The notes under the pieces were generated by a model. The model searched no databases and was not told the origin of the DNA. It saw only the letters and a list, made by a program, of their open reading frames with translations. The position numbers and the translations under genes were made by a program. A DNA stretch of 64,000 nt from Hormiphora californensis (lineage: Eukaryota > Animalia > Ctenophora): NCBI GenBank assembly GCA_020137815.1, contig CM035360.1, forward strand, positions 3,968,001 through 4,032,000, given 5' to 3'. Numbering within the stretch: position 1 is the first letter of the stretch; each line of letters begins with the position of its first letter. Below are positions 1 to 17,516 of the stretch, piece after piece.

Positions 1-537
1 TATCAGTGCAATCTTCTGCCAAATCCGAGATCCGACATCCAGCCTACCACACTCACTTTACAACAATACAACATGCAGCATCTTTATGTGTACTTGTCAT
101 GATCTTGACAGAACTCTCTGTCAGCAGCTCTTCTGCCAAGTAGCGTAATGTGTGTCTCACCACTGCACAAGCTGTGCATTGCTGCTGGGACTCAGCTAGC
201 TGATCATTGCATCTTGTTTTGTGTGATCTCTCAATCTCAAAGATTTTGTTTTGTCTTCCATTTAACGCGACTGATATCAAACAACGTTTTCCTCTATAGT
301 AAGGGAAGAGGAAAGTCAAAGAGTGGGAAGTATGCAACAAAGTAACGTGGACGAGCTCTACCCAGACCCCTTCGAGAGTGCCCCACCAGCCTTTGTAAAT
401 CGACTAGCTGAAATGACTTCCCACCAATCAGACACCGTTAGGTTTGAGAGGACTCGCCGGACTAAAACACGCACTCGATTAAACAATTCTTGAGGGATGT
501 GCGGTCACGTACAAACAATCTTCTTTGAGTTATGCTG

Positions 538-539
<2 letters not shown>

Positions 540-634
<95 letters not shown>

Positions 635-727
635 GCTCTCTCGTATCGCTCTCTCTCTGCTATCTCTCTCTCGTCTTCGTCGTCTCTCGCTCGCTCTTCT
701 CGCCTCGTCTCTCTCCTATCTCGTCTC

Positions 728-763
<36 letters not shown>

Positions 764-816
764 CTCGCTCTCTCTCTCCTCTATCTCTCGCTCTCTCTCT
801 CTCTCTCTCTCTCCTC

Positions 817-853
<37 letters not shown>

Positions 854-902
854 TCTCCTCTCTCTCTCTTCTCCTCTCCTCTCCTCTCTCTCTCTCTCTC
901 TC
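540..902. repeat. (AG)n tract followed by degenerate (CT)n tract
   Basis: Read directly. Explains the ER/SL ORFs 497..940, 532..933 and 716..979. Confidence 0.95.
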
Positions 903-1877
903 ATTTCGACTTTTTTTTCCCGTTTTGTGTTAAATATTAAAACAAGGGTTGTTAATGTTGTTGTGTTTGGCGTGTACAAAGTGTGTGTATGATTGCAACT
1001 GAAAGATGGGTCAAGAGATAATAACGAATTTGCAAATAAGAGAGTGAAAGATATTGTATTTGGCCGACATAAGAGATGGTGTACGATCGATGGTCAACAA
1101 CAAGTTTTAATACGTGAAACACCTGTCGTCGTGAACTTGATATGGGAGATCGAACTAAGGGTCGAATATTCCGTGGGATTCAATTTTAGAGTTGATGAGC
1201 TGCGGCCTCAGTGAGCTGCCAGCTGGTGTCAGACCTGTTCAAGATATCAAATGCCACTTAAAAACATCTAATAGCTGTGTGGTTTGATGATGACTCAATC
1301 TTGCTATGTCGTGCTCTCTAATGCGGCCTGTACGTGCAGTACACAAGTTAAGTGTATATTGGACACTGTTCATCTTTAGACAAAATTACAAACTAGGCAA
1401 ATGTAACTTTTGATTTTAAACTAATTTGCAACATATACAGGAAAAGTAGCACACATAAAAATATAAATATATATAAGTCCCTGTATATAGAGCAGATTAG
1501 AGGCAGGTCTAATTAGACGCTTACGCCGCAGAGTCACACTAAATCAATTTATAGGGTAATGTAGATAATAAATTAGTTGGGAGGATCCGTCTGGCGGTGC
1601 AGACCCCATGTCTGAGCGCTGCCAGACACTAGACAGGGGAGGATATAAAAACATAGGGTAATGTTGGTAGCTATAGCTACCTGTCTCTTGCCGGTACACG
1701 CACCATGGAGGCAGCGAAGTAAACATAACACACGCAAAGGAAAATGTAGGACAAGAGATACTCGACTAACTCCCAATTCGCCATTCGCCATTATCTGCAG
1801 AAAACAACCGTAGTTCGATGTTGCCACATGTGGTAATACCACACTGGTACACACTGGTACACCACGGAGGTATTATA

Positions 1878-2033
1878 CAGTCGGACCCCGATTTACCGGG
1901 CCCCGATTTAACGGGAGGATAATCTTCCCCCGATATAGGAAATAAACAGTACTTGGCCCCGATATAGCGGACACCCCGATTTAACAGACAAAATCGTTTC
2001 CCCCGAGGGTGCCGTTAAATCGGGGCCCGACTG
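1878..2033. mobile_element. pogo/Tigger-like MITE (CAGTCGGACCCCGATTTA family)
   Basis: TIRs CAGTCGGACCCCGATTTA...TAAATCGGGGCCCGACTG with TA on both sides. Same family at 23913-24760, 26098-26227, 58837-59008 and 60066-60133; partial ends near 3786 and 8483. Confidence 0.85.
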
Positions 2034-2405
2034 TAATAGAGCAAATGAACGTCGTGATGGCCGTTCAGCACGTTGTTTATTCACACTTTTGGGTAGCAAC
2101 CGGACGGTTCGTCTCTCCACCGGGTGGGTCGTCAACAGCCACTTCTTGACCGGCACACCCGGTGAGTGTGCTAGTCGAGTCTTCTTACTACAATAAATTA
2201 TAAAAGTCCCTAACAAGCTGTTATAATGTATAACACAGGCTGTACAAAGACGTGGGACGATATGTTACATGTACGATAAAACTGTAAGCCAATCTCATAC
2301 TGATAGCCATAGCAGATGTATATGCCGTGGCTTTTGAGAATTCGAACTCCCCCGAATTCCTCTCTATTGTAAAACATTGAGGCAATATTAATATATTGAG
2401 GCAAA

Positions 2406-2565
2406 CAGTGCTGCTTGTAGTCGTATTACCGTAATGGAAATACAGTAATAAGACGTGCACGTTGCATAACGCGCAGCAAAAAGTGCATGTGTTCAGCACG
2501 TACTGATTGGCCACGGTTGCGCGTCGTCTTACTGTATCTCCGTTTTCCCACTACAAGCGGCCGTG
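2406..2565. mobile_element. short dispersed repeat (CAGTGCTGCTTGTAGT...ACTACAAGCGGCCGTG family)
   Basis: Close copy at 50895-51075, more diverged copies at about 34080-34240 and (reverse) about 25715-25876. Imperfect terminal inverted repeats. Superfamily not assigned. Confidence 0.65.
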
Positions 2566-3267
2566 AAAGGTTAGTGCCTGTCTGAGCGCACTGTCAAATC
2601 ATGGCGCCGCCATGGTTAGCACACGGTTGATGGAAAATGTAGCCCTATAAAATTTGAGGTGACCATCGAAACGTCGTGTGTCGAGGCCTTGCGTTTCAGG
2701 TGACTCTATCGAGACCACGTGTTCATCATATTTTGATACACGTGTATCACTTGTGTTGAGGGCACGTCGCACGATACAGATCTGTCAGTGCCATCGACCC
2801 AGCCATCTTGGCATTATCAATTTCGACCACGGGGAATGAATGGTCAGTGTCATACTCATAGCAATTGGTAAGCTATCGCTGAGGAAGCTAGGAGAGCTTA
2901 TAAAAGAGAGGGCATGAGAAATTTAACAAATAAAACATGAGGCTATGTTGTTTTTTGTTCAAACCGAGATTTGTGGTGAGACAGGGTAGAGCAAGGCAAA
3001 GTCTAGGCTATGCGGTTGAGTGTGGGAACTGGTCAGATAGATGGGACTGCAGTGTGTGTACACTATAATTTAGAGATTATGTACATTGTGTTACACATGA
3101 TTTTACTACCATTACCAACAATAAATTTTATCGTGATATTTTGTTCTAAATACTGCAGTAAAAAGTGGGCTGTTTAGAATTCTACAAAAATGCTTGGGTG
3201 TGTTGAGCCCCTCTGTTCTCACGTCCGGGGCTGCATGGTCAACAAATAGGCCAAACCCAGGTCGAGC

Positions 3268-3344
3268 CTGTCAGAGCATTGGCCTGACCCATTCTCGTTT
3301 CTCTCAAACGCGCGAGAACTGTGGTCAGAGCATTGGCCTGACAG
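3268..3344 (+). mobile_element. 77-bp micro-MITE, family A (CTGTCAG...CTGACAG)
   Basis: 8-bp TSD GGTCGAGC (3260-3267 / 3345-3352). Two internal direct copies of TCAGAGCATTGGCCTGA. Confidence 0.85.
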
Positions 3345-3370
3345 GGTCGAGCAATGAGCACTGTCGAGCA

Positions 3371-3434
3371 CTGTTATATGGTGGCGCCATACCCTAATTT
3401 GACAGTGCGCTCAGATGTGAGATGCGCCAGACAG
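3371..3434 (+). mobile_element. micro-MITE, family B (CTGT...GCGCCAGACAG)
   Basis: Similar to 32009-32069. Degenerate 8-bp TSD (GTCGAGCA / ATAGAGCA). Confidence 0.6.
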
Positions 3435-4111
3435 ATAGAGCAATGAAACAGGGCCGATCACCAAGGAACATGGTCGAGTAAGGAAACAACAAGGAAGTCA
3501 CGACGCTCGTTTTAACAACGGGGAAGACACAATAAACCTCTCAAGAAACAGCAAATATCATCTGATATGTACGTATTATTATATGGGTAGACAAAACAAG
3601 GCCATAGTTAAACTTTTTAAAAAGCAATGATTAAATTTAAAGAGAAATAACGATTTGGACACGTCACGCAATCCCCTATAGGTAGTGTGTGACGAAGTCG
3701 CGCCACCCCAGACGTCGTACCACGGTCGTGCAACGGCCGTGAGATTATCAGATTAAATACCCAGGTTTAAAAGTAATTTTCGATACAGTCGAACCCCGAT
3801 TTACCGGGAGGATAATCTTCCTACGATAGAGGAAGTAAACGGTATTTGACCCCGATTTATATATCGGGCACCCCGATTTACCAGGCAAACCCCCAAGATT
3901 CTGTTTCACATTGGGCACGTCGCGCCCTCTTTTTTCACGCGCGATTTTTCGCGAACCCCTCACACAGCCAATGTTTCACAGTCCTGTTTCAGTTTGTGAG
4001 TCATCGTCCACCACCGTCCTCGATAATACATTCTTCCCAGAATTTTCAGTCTCGTGGACCATGGAGCCGTGGTGTTTCACAGAGATGAAGAGGGACGTTT
4101 TGTAGTAAACA

Positions 4112-4753
4112 GGGGGGGGGACATGTTAATTGTTAATAAATCACCTCTTTTTTCCGATTTTGTTAATTAACGTTAACGAATATTTCAATTTAGCGTGTAA
4201 AATGTCACTTGAATGTAATTTTTTCATTGAGAGTCCATTCTTCCGACGAAAGAAAGTGATGTACAACGTTTCTGTTTGAAAAATACGAAAAAAAATTCCC
4301 AAAATTGATTTTTTGGGTCAAAAATTGAAAATTTGCTTCGCTACAAATCCTTGTGTTTTTTTAGAAAAAAATATTTTTGGCATATTTTTCGATTGAAGGT
4401 AAATTTATGAGTCTTATTAAGTTTTTAAGGTTGGAAAATGCGGATTAGTGTCATTTGAGCTCAATTGCGGTTCAGGTTGGCTAGTTTTTGTCCGAATTTA
4501 CAAAATGGAACAAATCGTTGTAGGAAGGCTGTAGTAGACGGCTTGGGGGTATGCAAATCATGCAGAAGGAACATCTTTATTCGCAGAACAACATGCAGCA
4601 TGTGTAATACCAAAAAATACGTGCTAAAGGGACTTTAGATGGTATAAATGGCATTTGTTAATGTTTGTTAACTTTTGTTAATTATGTTAATAAATCACCT
4701 GTTTTTTCGATGTTAATATTAACAAAGTTAACAAAATTAACATGTCCCCCCCC
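4112..4753. mobile_element. MITE with poly-G/poly-C termini and 8-bp TSD
   Basis: G9-ACATGTTAAT...ATTAACATGT-C8. TSD AGTAAACA at 4104-4111 and 4754-4761. Subterminal TGTTAA repeats. Confidence 0.85.
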
Positions 4754-4921
4754 AGTAAACAAATTAAACTAAAAGCAAATTTTATTTTCAGAAAAAAAGT
4801 CGATATAATTTACGTAAAACACTGATAAAAATTCTCCCAATTAGCTTCAATTATCTATTTGGGAACTCCCGCAGATCTATTCTACTTGGTAATACAGTCA
4901 AAAATACACAAAGTCAGTAAT

Positions 4922-10791
<5,870 letters not shown>

Positions 10792-12335
10792 GGTAGTTGT
10801 GAACTGGCTGGGATGAAACTTGAGAAGAACAAAATAAGAAGTGAATCAAAAACACTGAGCTGTGTAGGAAGTGCTATCGGAGTTTCTTAGTGGATATATT
10901 CTCTACATAAACAATATAACGTTGTTTGTATAGAGCGGGCAAAAATCTTGGCGTAGGAATCTAGCGGAACATTTTGATATTTTGGGAGGGATGATTGGAG
11001 ATCGAGTCTCACGCCAATACGAGGGTGTTACGAAAAGTTTCCAAAAAACAGCTTAGACGAAATTTGAGACTTTATGAGAAGACGTGTACCTAGAGATACC
11101 CAGCTGTTTAAACTTTTCTTCACGTGTCGTTGATGTGTAATGTAGAACCAATATCACTTTAAAAGTAACAGAACATAAAAAAGTTGTTATTTGACATTCA
11201 TTTTGACTAATACTAAAAATATTGACCGATACGCTACATCATAAGTCACTTTCACCGTTTCTCAGAAAACACCTTCACTTACCGTTTCATCGCGTTTGAT
11301 CTTCTCTCCGTAGGCTGGCATTATTTGATGAGAGGGAGGGTACAAGAGCACTAGAACACACAGTGGGTTGGAATACTTGGAAAGGAAATAGAGTGTGTAA
11401 AATGTTAGTACTAGACCGCCCACACATACACACACTAACAGAGAGACACGTCGTGGGATGATCCTTACACACCTCACTTCTGCCACACCAGGAAAACGGG
11501 GGGAAAACTTCTTGAATTCGAGCATAAAATAACAAAAAACGTGGCAGTTTTTAGGAGGGAGGTGGGATTTATTCATGGCACTGGTGTTCATTATAGTAAG
11601 GCGGGGAGAAGAGTACCATATCAAAAGGGTGAGACTTGAGAGAGATGATCTGGTAAGGATCAAAACACAATGTGATACGTTCTAGAGTGTTGAGTATTGA
11701 GATGATTAATTGTATTAGCTATAGCAGGGAATGAAATAGTAAACATCTCGGTTTTAAAAGTTGTATAATTAGTCAGTTGTACATGCTACGAGAAGGGAGG
11801 TATAACAGCATACACATAAATACAATAAATGACGTTTCTTATCTCAACCCGTCTTATCTTGTATTACTTATTAGATCAACTGACATCGTAGACAGTGAAA
11901 GATCAGTAATTCTAAAAGCTCCATAAAACCGGAGATTTATATCCAAGGATATGATTCAAAGCATCGAATTAAAATGTCTCTGCACCCTCTTCCACTTCCA
12001 GTCTAGAAATGTTCAAAGTAGACCCTATAATAATGCTATACGTTTACCAGAAATGTTACGTTTCACGGCCAATATATTGGTCTAATAGCCGTATTATAGT
12101 CTGTAATGTTATATGAGCCAGTGTTCTATTCGCATCAAAGTCTTTCATTTTTATCCGGTCCCAATTCCTTCCTCAGATCGTCTATCGAAACCCGTTCACC
12201 CTTGATCCCACATTGGACCGCGTCGTGGGCGGCCAATATGACGAAGCATTTCACCACAGCTTCACCCTTGATTCCAAGGTAGTAGTTTAGATCAAACTCC
12301 TCAACCTTGATTCCAGGGTAGCAGTTAAAACCTCC

Positions 12336-15300
12336 TCAAACTGAGATGCTATTCTTTACCTCCGCCGGTACCATCATGAAGGAGCCTCCTCCAGACTGGA
12401 GCTTATCAATCCATCCCTCCATCCTCAGCCTCACAATCCCCACCAACTCCCTCACCTGCCGGCCTTTAACCCTTACAAAGTATATCACTGGGAATGCGGT
12501 GGAGTTGAAGGTACTGAGAATGTTAGTACTGACCAGGTACACGTAGCTGAAATGTCTCATGAACACCACGCTCTGGTCCTGGTCCAGGTAACTCTCCAGA
12601 GGGCTAAAGATTTTTAGATCCCTCGTGACCAGCTCGTGTATCCAGATGATCATGTAGGGCCCGTAGGAGAGGATGAACGCGATCGTGATGTATGTGATGG
12701 TCACACTCGCTCGAAGGGAGGAGTCCGTATCCAGGAGATGAGATTGTGTTCGTTGTCTGCTGAGTGTTTTAGCTCGCTCCCTCGCCTCTGCCTCCAGTGC
12801 GGAACGTTGTGTGCTGCTTGCGGAGGTTTGTCGTGAGGTCGTTGTTGTCATGGTAACCGCACTCAGATTCGATATTTGTCGCTCAACCTTGGCATGTTGG
12901 GCCAGTGATCCTTGATCTGCAGTACCAGATCCCTCGATGTTGTGAAGAAGGAAAACAGTGCGTTCCTCCTCGACTGGTTCCACCATTTCCCTCGATTGAC
13001 CCTCAGTTTCCTGACCACAGCAATGCAGCATAGAACTGCAGTGAGGAAGGGAATGGTGATTGATAGGTTAGCTGTCAGTCGGATAGGAAGGGCAGGAGCA
13101 AAGTTTGCGTGGGTGATATTCATGTAGAATCCTCCGAACTGTTCTGAGTACTGAAAAAAGAGGAATTGTAAAATCTCAGCAGTTTTCAAGAGTAAGAAAA
13201 TTCAACAACAAAAATCCTTTGGGTTAAACACGTTTGCTCTCGTTTCATAAAACCGTGCGTAGGGCGGACGTTTGCTCCCCTGTGTACATTAGGGTGTGCT
13301 AAGTGAAAATTTTGTCGATTTGGCCAATTTGGTAGATATGAAACTATGGACAATTGTCTACTAAATCCTGAAAACGGAATTAGGGTAGTGTATGTCAATT
13401 ACGTGGGCCAGGCGATTGAAAAAGTTTACTTTTTTACCGAAAAAAGGAAAATATGTGTGTTTTACACCAGTGTTTGGCATGTTCTTTATATCAACTTTTT
13501 ATAGACAGGGTCGTGTTCAGCGGTTTGATACCGATCAGAATGGATGTGTATCATGAAAGTTAGCCAAAGTTCATTTTTGACCTGAAAATGTTCATTTTGT
13601 ACCAAAAATGTTCATTTTTGACTAAAAATGTTCGGTTTGGTCATTTTCCTCTATATTTGAGAGCTTTTTCATGAACGGGATCGTGTTCAGCAGGTCAAAA
13701 TTAGTCGGTTACAACCGGAATTTGCATTCCGACAAATAAAATCTTAAAAAGTTAAAATTCGTCTCCACTAATACTGCAAAGTAGGAAAATGTGCAAGAAA
13801 AAAAGATGAAACAAAAAATTTTTCATTATAAAATGGAGTTCTAAAGGTGCAGACTGGAAATAATGGTTGTACTGAGTCTCATGAGGCGATTCATATGTGT
13901 GGTTTTTTCGAAATAACGCCCCAAAAAACATTGTTTGATATGAATATGCCCATATATGGGCATACATCGGCCCACGTAATTGGGCCAGGGTAGGACTAAA
14001 AATTTTTTACCAAATGTTTTAAAATGATCGTAGGAACTCATTCTAGGGGTAAACTATGTGAAAATTGGATTTGATTTATGAGTTGGGAAAAATAGCACAC
14101 CCTAGTATTACACTGTACATACCACGAAGTTGTTGCCAGTGTAGAAGGGGATGCCCGCTATAGCGATGGGTATCACCCAACAGGCACCGCTAATGAAAAG
14201 GGTCTTTTGGATGGTCATGAGTCGAGAGCTACTGAACACGAAGTATACCCCAATCACTCTGCGGGGAAATTGTTATAGATAGGTTGGTTTAGTTCTATTG
14301 ACATTTGGTCTAACGTTTGGCTTGTTCAAACTCTCTCAGGGATAGAGCAATTCGAAGCTTCGAACTCGAAAAACGATATAAGTACAAGAATAAACCCCTT
14401 AAAAGTTTCAAATGAAAGGCTGCATGATAAGTTACCTGATCAGGGAAAGTGATGAGAAGTGGTAGATGGAGAGAAGGGGATGAGAGTTGATAGGAATCCG
14501 AAAAAGTTGCAGAAAACACCAATACCTTGATCAATATCAAAACTTCTTCCTGATATCTGCACAATGATACGTCCAGTTACGATCATATTCCCTAATCCCT
14601 TCCCGAAACCATTCTCTATACATCCCTAACTGAAATCTAACTACATAATTTAACTCTAATCACATCTCAATTTTAGCAAACAGGCATGTACACATGAGAT
14701 ATCTTGTTGAGTAAGGGGTGGTTAGTGGTGTTACTCAACACTTGAGATGTCCCTATGAGATGTCAGACAACTTACCAGACCAAAGCTGACCACGGGAGCT
14801 TGAACGGCACAGCCCACCAGATCCACAATGCATACTTGGAGCATAATCAAGGAGGTTGGGTTTACCTTGCCCCTTCTCAGCTTCACCAGGATGACTGCTA
14901 ACATCAGTGTGTTCGATACTGTCCTGCGGTAAGATATAATAATGTTAGATCGGGGTGCAAAATATTCGATATGTTGTTAAAATGAATAAAGTTAGATCAG
15001 GGTAGTAAAAATTAGGTGTCAGTAATAACGTGAAGAACTGTACTGTCTGGCAGCGCCAGGGCGCCAGATCCCGCTTTTATTATCAGATCATAATCGGGTT
15101 TGACACGTGTTTTATTTCAGCTACTGTACCCGATGAAGCAGAGAAGAAAATAGAAGTATCCCAAGACGGAATCCAGTTGTCTGGTAGACGCTAATGATGT
15201 TTCGTTCATGTTCTATAATACCGGGCACTCCATGAGGTACGTGTGATTCATACACAGACAGTAGGAGGCAAAAAGTAATAAATATCTCACGCACACGAAT

Positions 15301-15643
15301 TTGGAGTGACAACTTCCAAAATTCGACTTTACATACTTGGGGGTGTAAAGTCGGATTTTTGGGACTTTATTTCCCCGGATGCAAAAGAGGGGAAAGTAAT
15401 AATATATCGATTAATATCACAACACATTAGTAATAATATTCCTTACTACTCAGACAAGTCGACTGCATTAGCTATTAGGCTACCGCTAGGTATTAACATT
15501 TTATGCTATAACGCTCAATAAATGGCATGACAAATGGGATATTTAGTTGCCATGTGTGTGTCGGTACTGCGTACCTAATATATGAGACCGACCAACACCT
15601 ATGTAATTATGTATTGACGTCGATACTTCCCTCTCATATTGAG
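12336..15643 (-). pseudogene. rhodopsin-class (class A) GPCR with frameshifts (pseudogene or consensus errors)
   Basis: Exons 15575-15643 (tentative), 14776-14923 (TM1 SN, TM2 LQVCIVDL), 14436-14556 (FCNFFGFL, 1 nt short), 14123-14258 (R-VIGV, TM4 W..P) and 12336-13150 (TM5, frame change in ICL3, TM6 FILSYGPY, TM7 NSTAFPVIY). Start codon not located. Confidence 0.8.
13290..14104. mobile_element. hAT-like non-autonomous element in a GPCR intron
   Basis: 12-bp TIRs TAGGGTGTGCTA...TAGCACACCCTA. Flanking direct repeat is degenerate. Confidence 0.65.
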
Positions 15644-15944
15644 CTGTAGCTAGGATTCTTCAAAGTTTAAGATGGAGAGCGGTAAAAAAGGAGTATGGTG
15701 TGTGTGTATATATGTCTTGCTCAAGTGAATTTTATGTCAGGTGAAAATTGCGATAATTTACAGCTTATGAGACAAAATGACACATTGCTCAGTTTATGAT
15801 ACAATGAAATAGTGTTTATTTAGGACTGTAGACGACTCGGAGATTTATTTCAGGAAAGATAATACGGGACGGTTTCGACGTTTAACGTCATCATCAGCTC
15901 AAATTAATTTGTTTAAAGTAGTGTTGAAAAGTTTGAAACTTTTC

Positions 15945-15987
15945 AGTTTCAAACTTTTCAACACTACTTTAAACAAATTAATTTGAG
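15945..15987 (+). other. retro-copied spliced-leader exon (ctenophore SL-like); inverted copy at 15898-15940
   Basis: AGTTTCAAACTTTTCAACACTACTTTAAACAAATTAATTTGAG matches, from memory, the Pleurobrachia-type ctenophore SL. It ends in TTTGAG like many SL exons. It is not followed by GT or an Sm site, so it is not an SL RNA gene. Confidence 0.8.
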
Positions 15988-16030
15988 CTGATGATGACGT
16001 TAAACGTCGAAACCGTCCCGTATTATCTTT
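15988..16030 (+). ncRNA. type I hammerhead ribozyme core lacking the native 5' strand of stem I
   Basis: CTGATGA (15988-15994), stem II GACG-TTAAA-CGTC, GAAA (16009-16012), short stem III C..G, putative GUA cleavage triplet at 16020-16022. Confidence 0.65.
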
Positions 16031-16183
16031 CCTGAAATAAATCTCCGAGTCGTCTACAGTCCTAAATAAACACTATTTCATTGTATCAAAACTATGCGAC
16101 TCAAAAACAGCCGATTGGTCAACTTATTGATGCTCAGTTTATGACATGAGACATATAGCTCAGCTCGCTATATAAAGTATTGG

Positions 16184-16250
16184 CTGTCATGCCAATGCTC
16201 TGACCACAGTTCTCGCACGCTCCGATAGGGTCAGGCCAATGCTCTGACAG
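16184..16250 (-). mobile_element. 67-bp micro-MITE, family A
   Basis: Perfect 8-bp TSD AGTATTGG (16176-16183 / 16251-16258). Confidence 0.85.
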
Positions 16251-17516
16251 AGTATTGGTTAAAGCGTTTATACTGGTGACGGAGTGCGAAGGAAATGATC
16301 CCCAAGTACAATACAGGTTTAAGTGCGAGTTCGATGACTGCAGGTGGTGCCAACAAATTTGGATTTAAAGAGGTTGTTATAATCATCAGTGGTAGTGTCA
16401 AAGTGGTAGTGTCAAAGTGGTAGTGTCAAGGGATCGTGCTGGATGACACATTATCGCTGCAAAAGGCCTCTACAGCTGCTCTACTACTAATTTGGCTAAA
16501 AGCCAATATGTTCTTGTATCAACACAATTATGAGTTAGTTCAATTGTGGTCACTGGGCATGAATATTGGATGGAAATATTTACTTTGTTGTTCAAACTTA
16601 GGGAGAGATTGGTAATGAAACTACCGGCTCTCAGCGCGAGATGACCAGTGTAAATTTAGTAAGGAGAGAGAGGATCGAGCAAGGCAAGGAAATATTAGGA
16701 ATAAAGAATTCTTGGGAATTCTTTCTAGGGAAATAATCACCCTTTTTGTTCTCCCCACGCCCCAGACGTAGTTGGTTAAAACAAAATGGCCAAATATGAA
16801 CTAAATATTGAATGGCAAAGTTACCCTGTCAGAGCATTGTCCTCAGTGAAATTTCAATACACACTTGACAGATTCAACGAAGGGATTATTGAATGCACCA
16901 ATGAGCATTGGGCAATCTATTCCCCATCTCATTTATTTAATGGTGGGCAGAAAATTAAGATAAAAAGTTGATTTAGCCTTATCGGACTAATACGTTGGTA
17001 GAGCCCTGTCAAGATTTGCTAGGCCCGCCCACTGTGTGAGAGCTGTCACGCTGTGTAACCTATAATTCATATATCTTGGCCAATGCTCTGACCAGTGACC
17101 ACAGTACTCGTGCGCTCCTTATTTGAAGAAATAAGAATGGGGACAGGCCTTAATTTTTAACAAGAATTATTGCATTATGTATTCATAATGCTGTGTTTCC
17201 CTGCCCTACCGTTTCACATGTCAGTGACATTGTCACTGCCAACAGGATCAAGGCTTGGTCATAATGTAATGTGAGATGCATACGATCTAGCTGTCAGTAT
17301 ACTTCTCACATAGCTTAGAGTTAGCTAACTCCCAATCACATGACACTTGCTAACCAGCTTTTGACATTCCAACTTAACTACTTATCTAACATCTCACACT
17401 CGACTCCCAAGATGAAAATGTGTATGTAACGCGCGGCAGAGCATTTCATGTTTTGTTGAGTGGCGCGCGCACACACGTCCATCAAACTGTGTCAATGAGG
17501 TGTTTGATGAAGGAGT

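Larger units (their letters stand above)
15800..16130 (+). mobile_element. Penelope-like retro-insertion: inverted repeat plus tail, spliced-leader-capped, with a hammerhead core
   Basis: Perfect palindrome with arms 15797-15940 and 15945-16088 (144 bp) and a TTTC loop. 42-bp tail at 16089-16130. 14-bp TSD TGCTCAGTTTATGA (15786-15799 / 16131-16144). Confidence 0.85.

Noticed and set aside
497-979. Long ER/SL/ET-repeat ORFs here and at about 7.2-7.8, 27.8, 31.5, 35, 42, 53 and 56 kb
   Set aside because: These are translations of (AG)n and (GAGACA)n microsatellites.
53-4105. Possible minus-strand exons (about 56-230, 1185-1234, 2077-2185, 2645-2860 and 3976-4062)
   Set aside because: Composition is coding-like and there are some splice signals, but I could not build a phase-consistent model or recognise a product.
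15945-16100. SL RNA gene
   Set aside because: No GT donor or Sm site follows the leader. It is fused to unrelated sequence inside a TSD-flanked insert.
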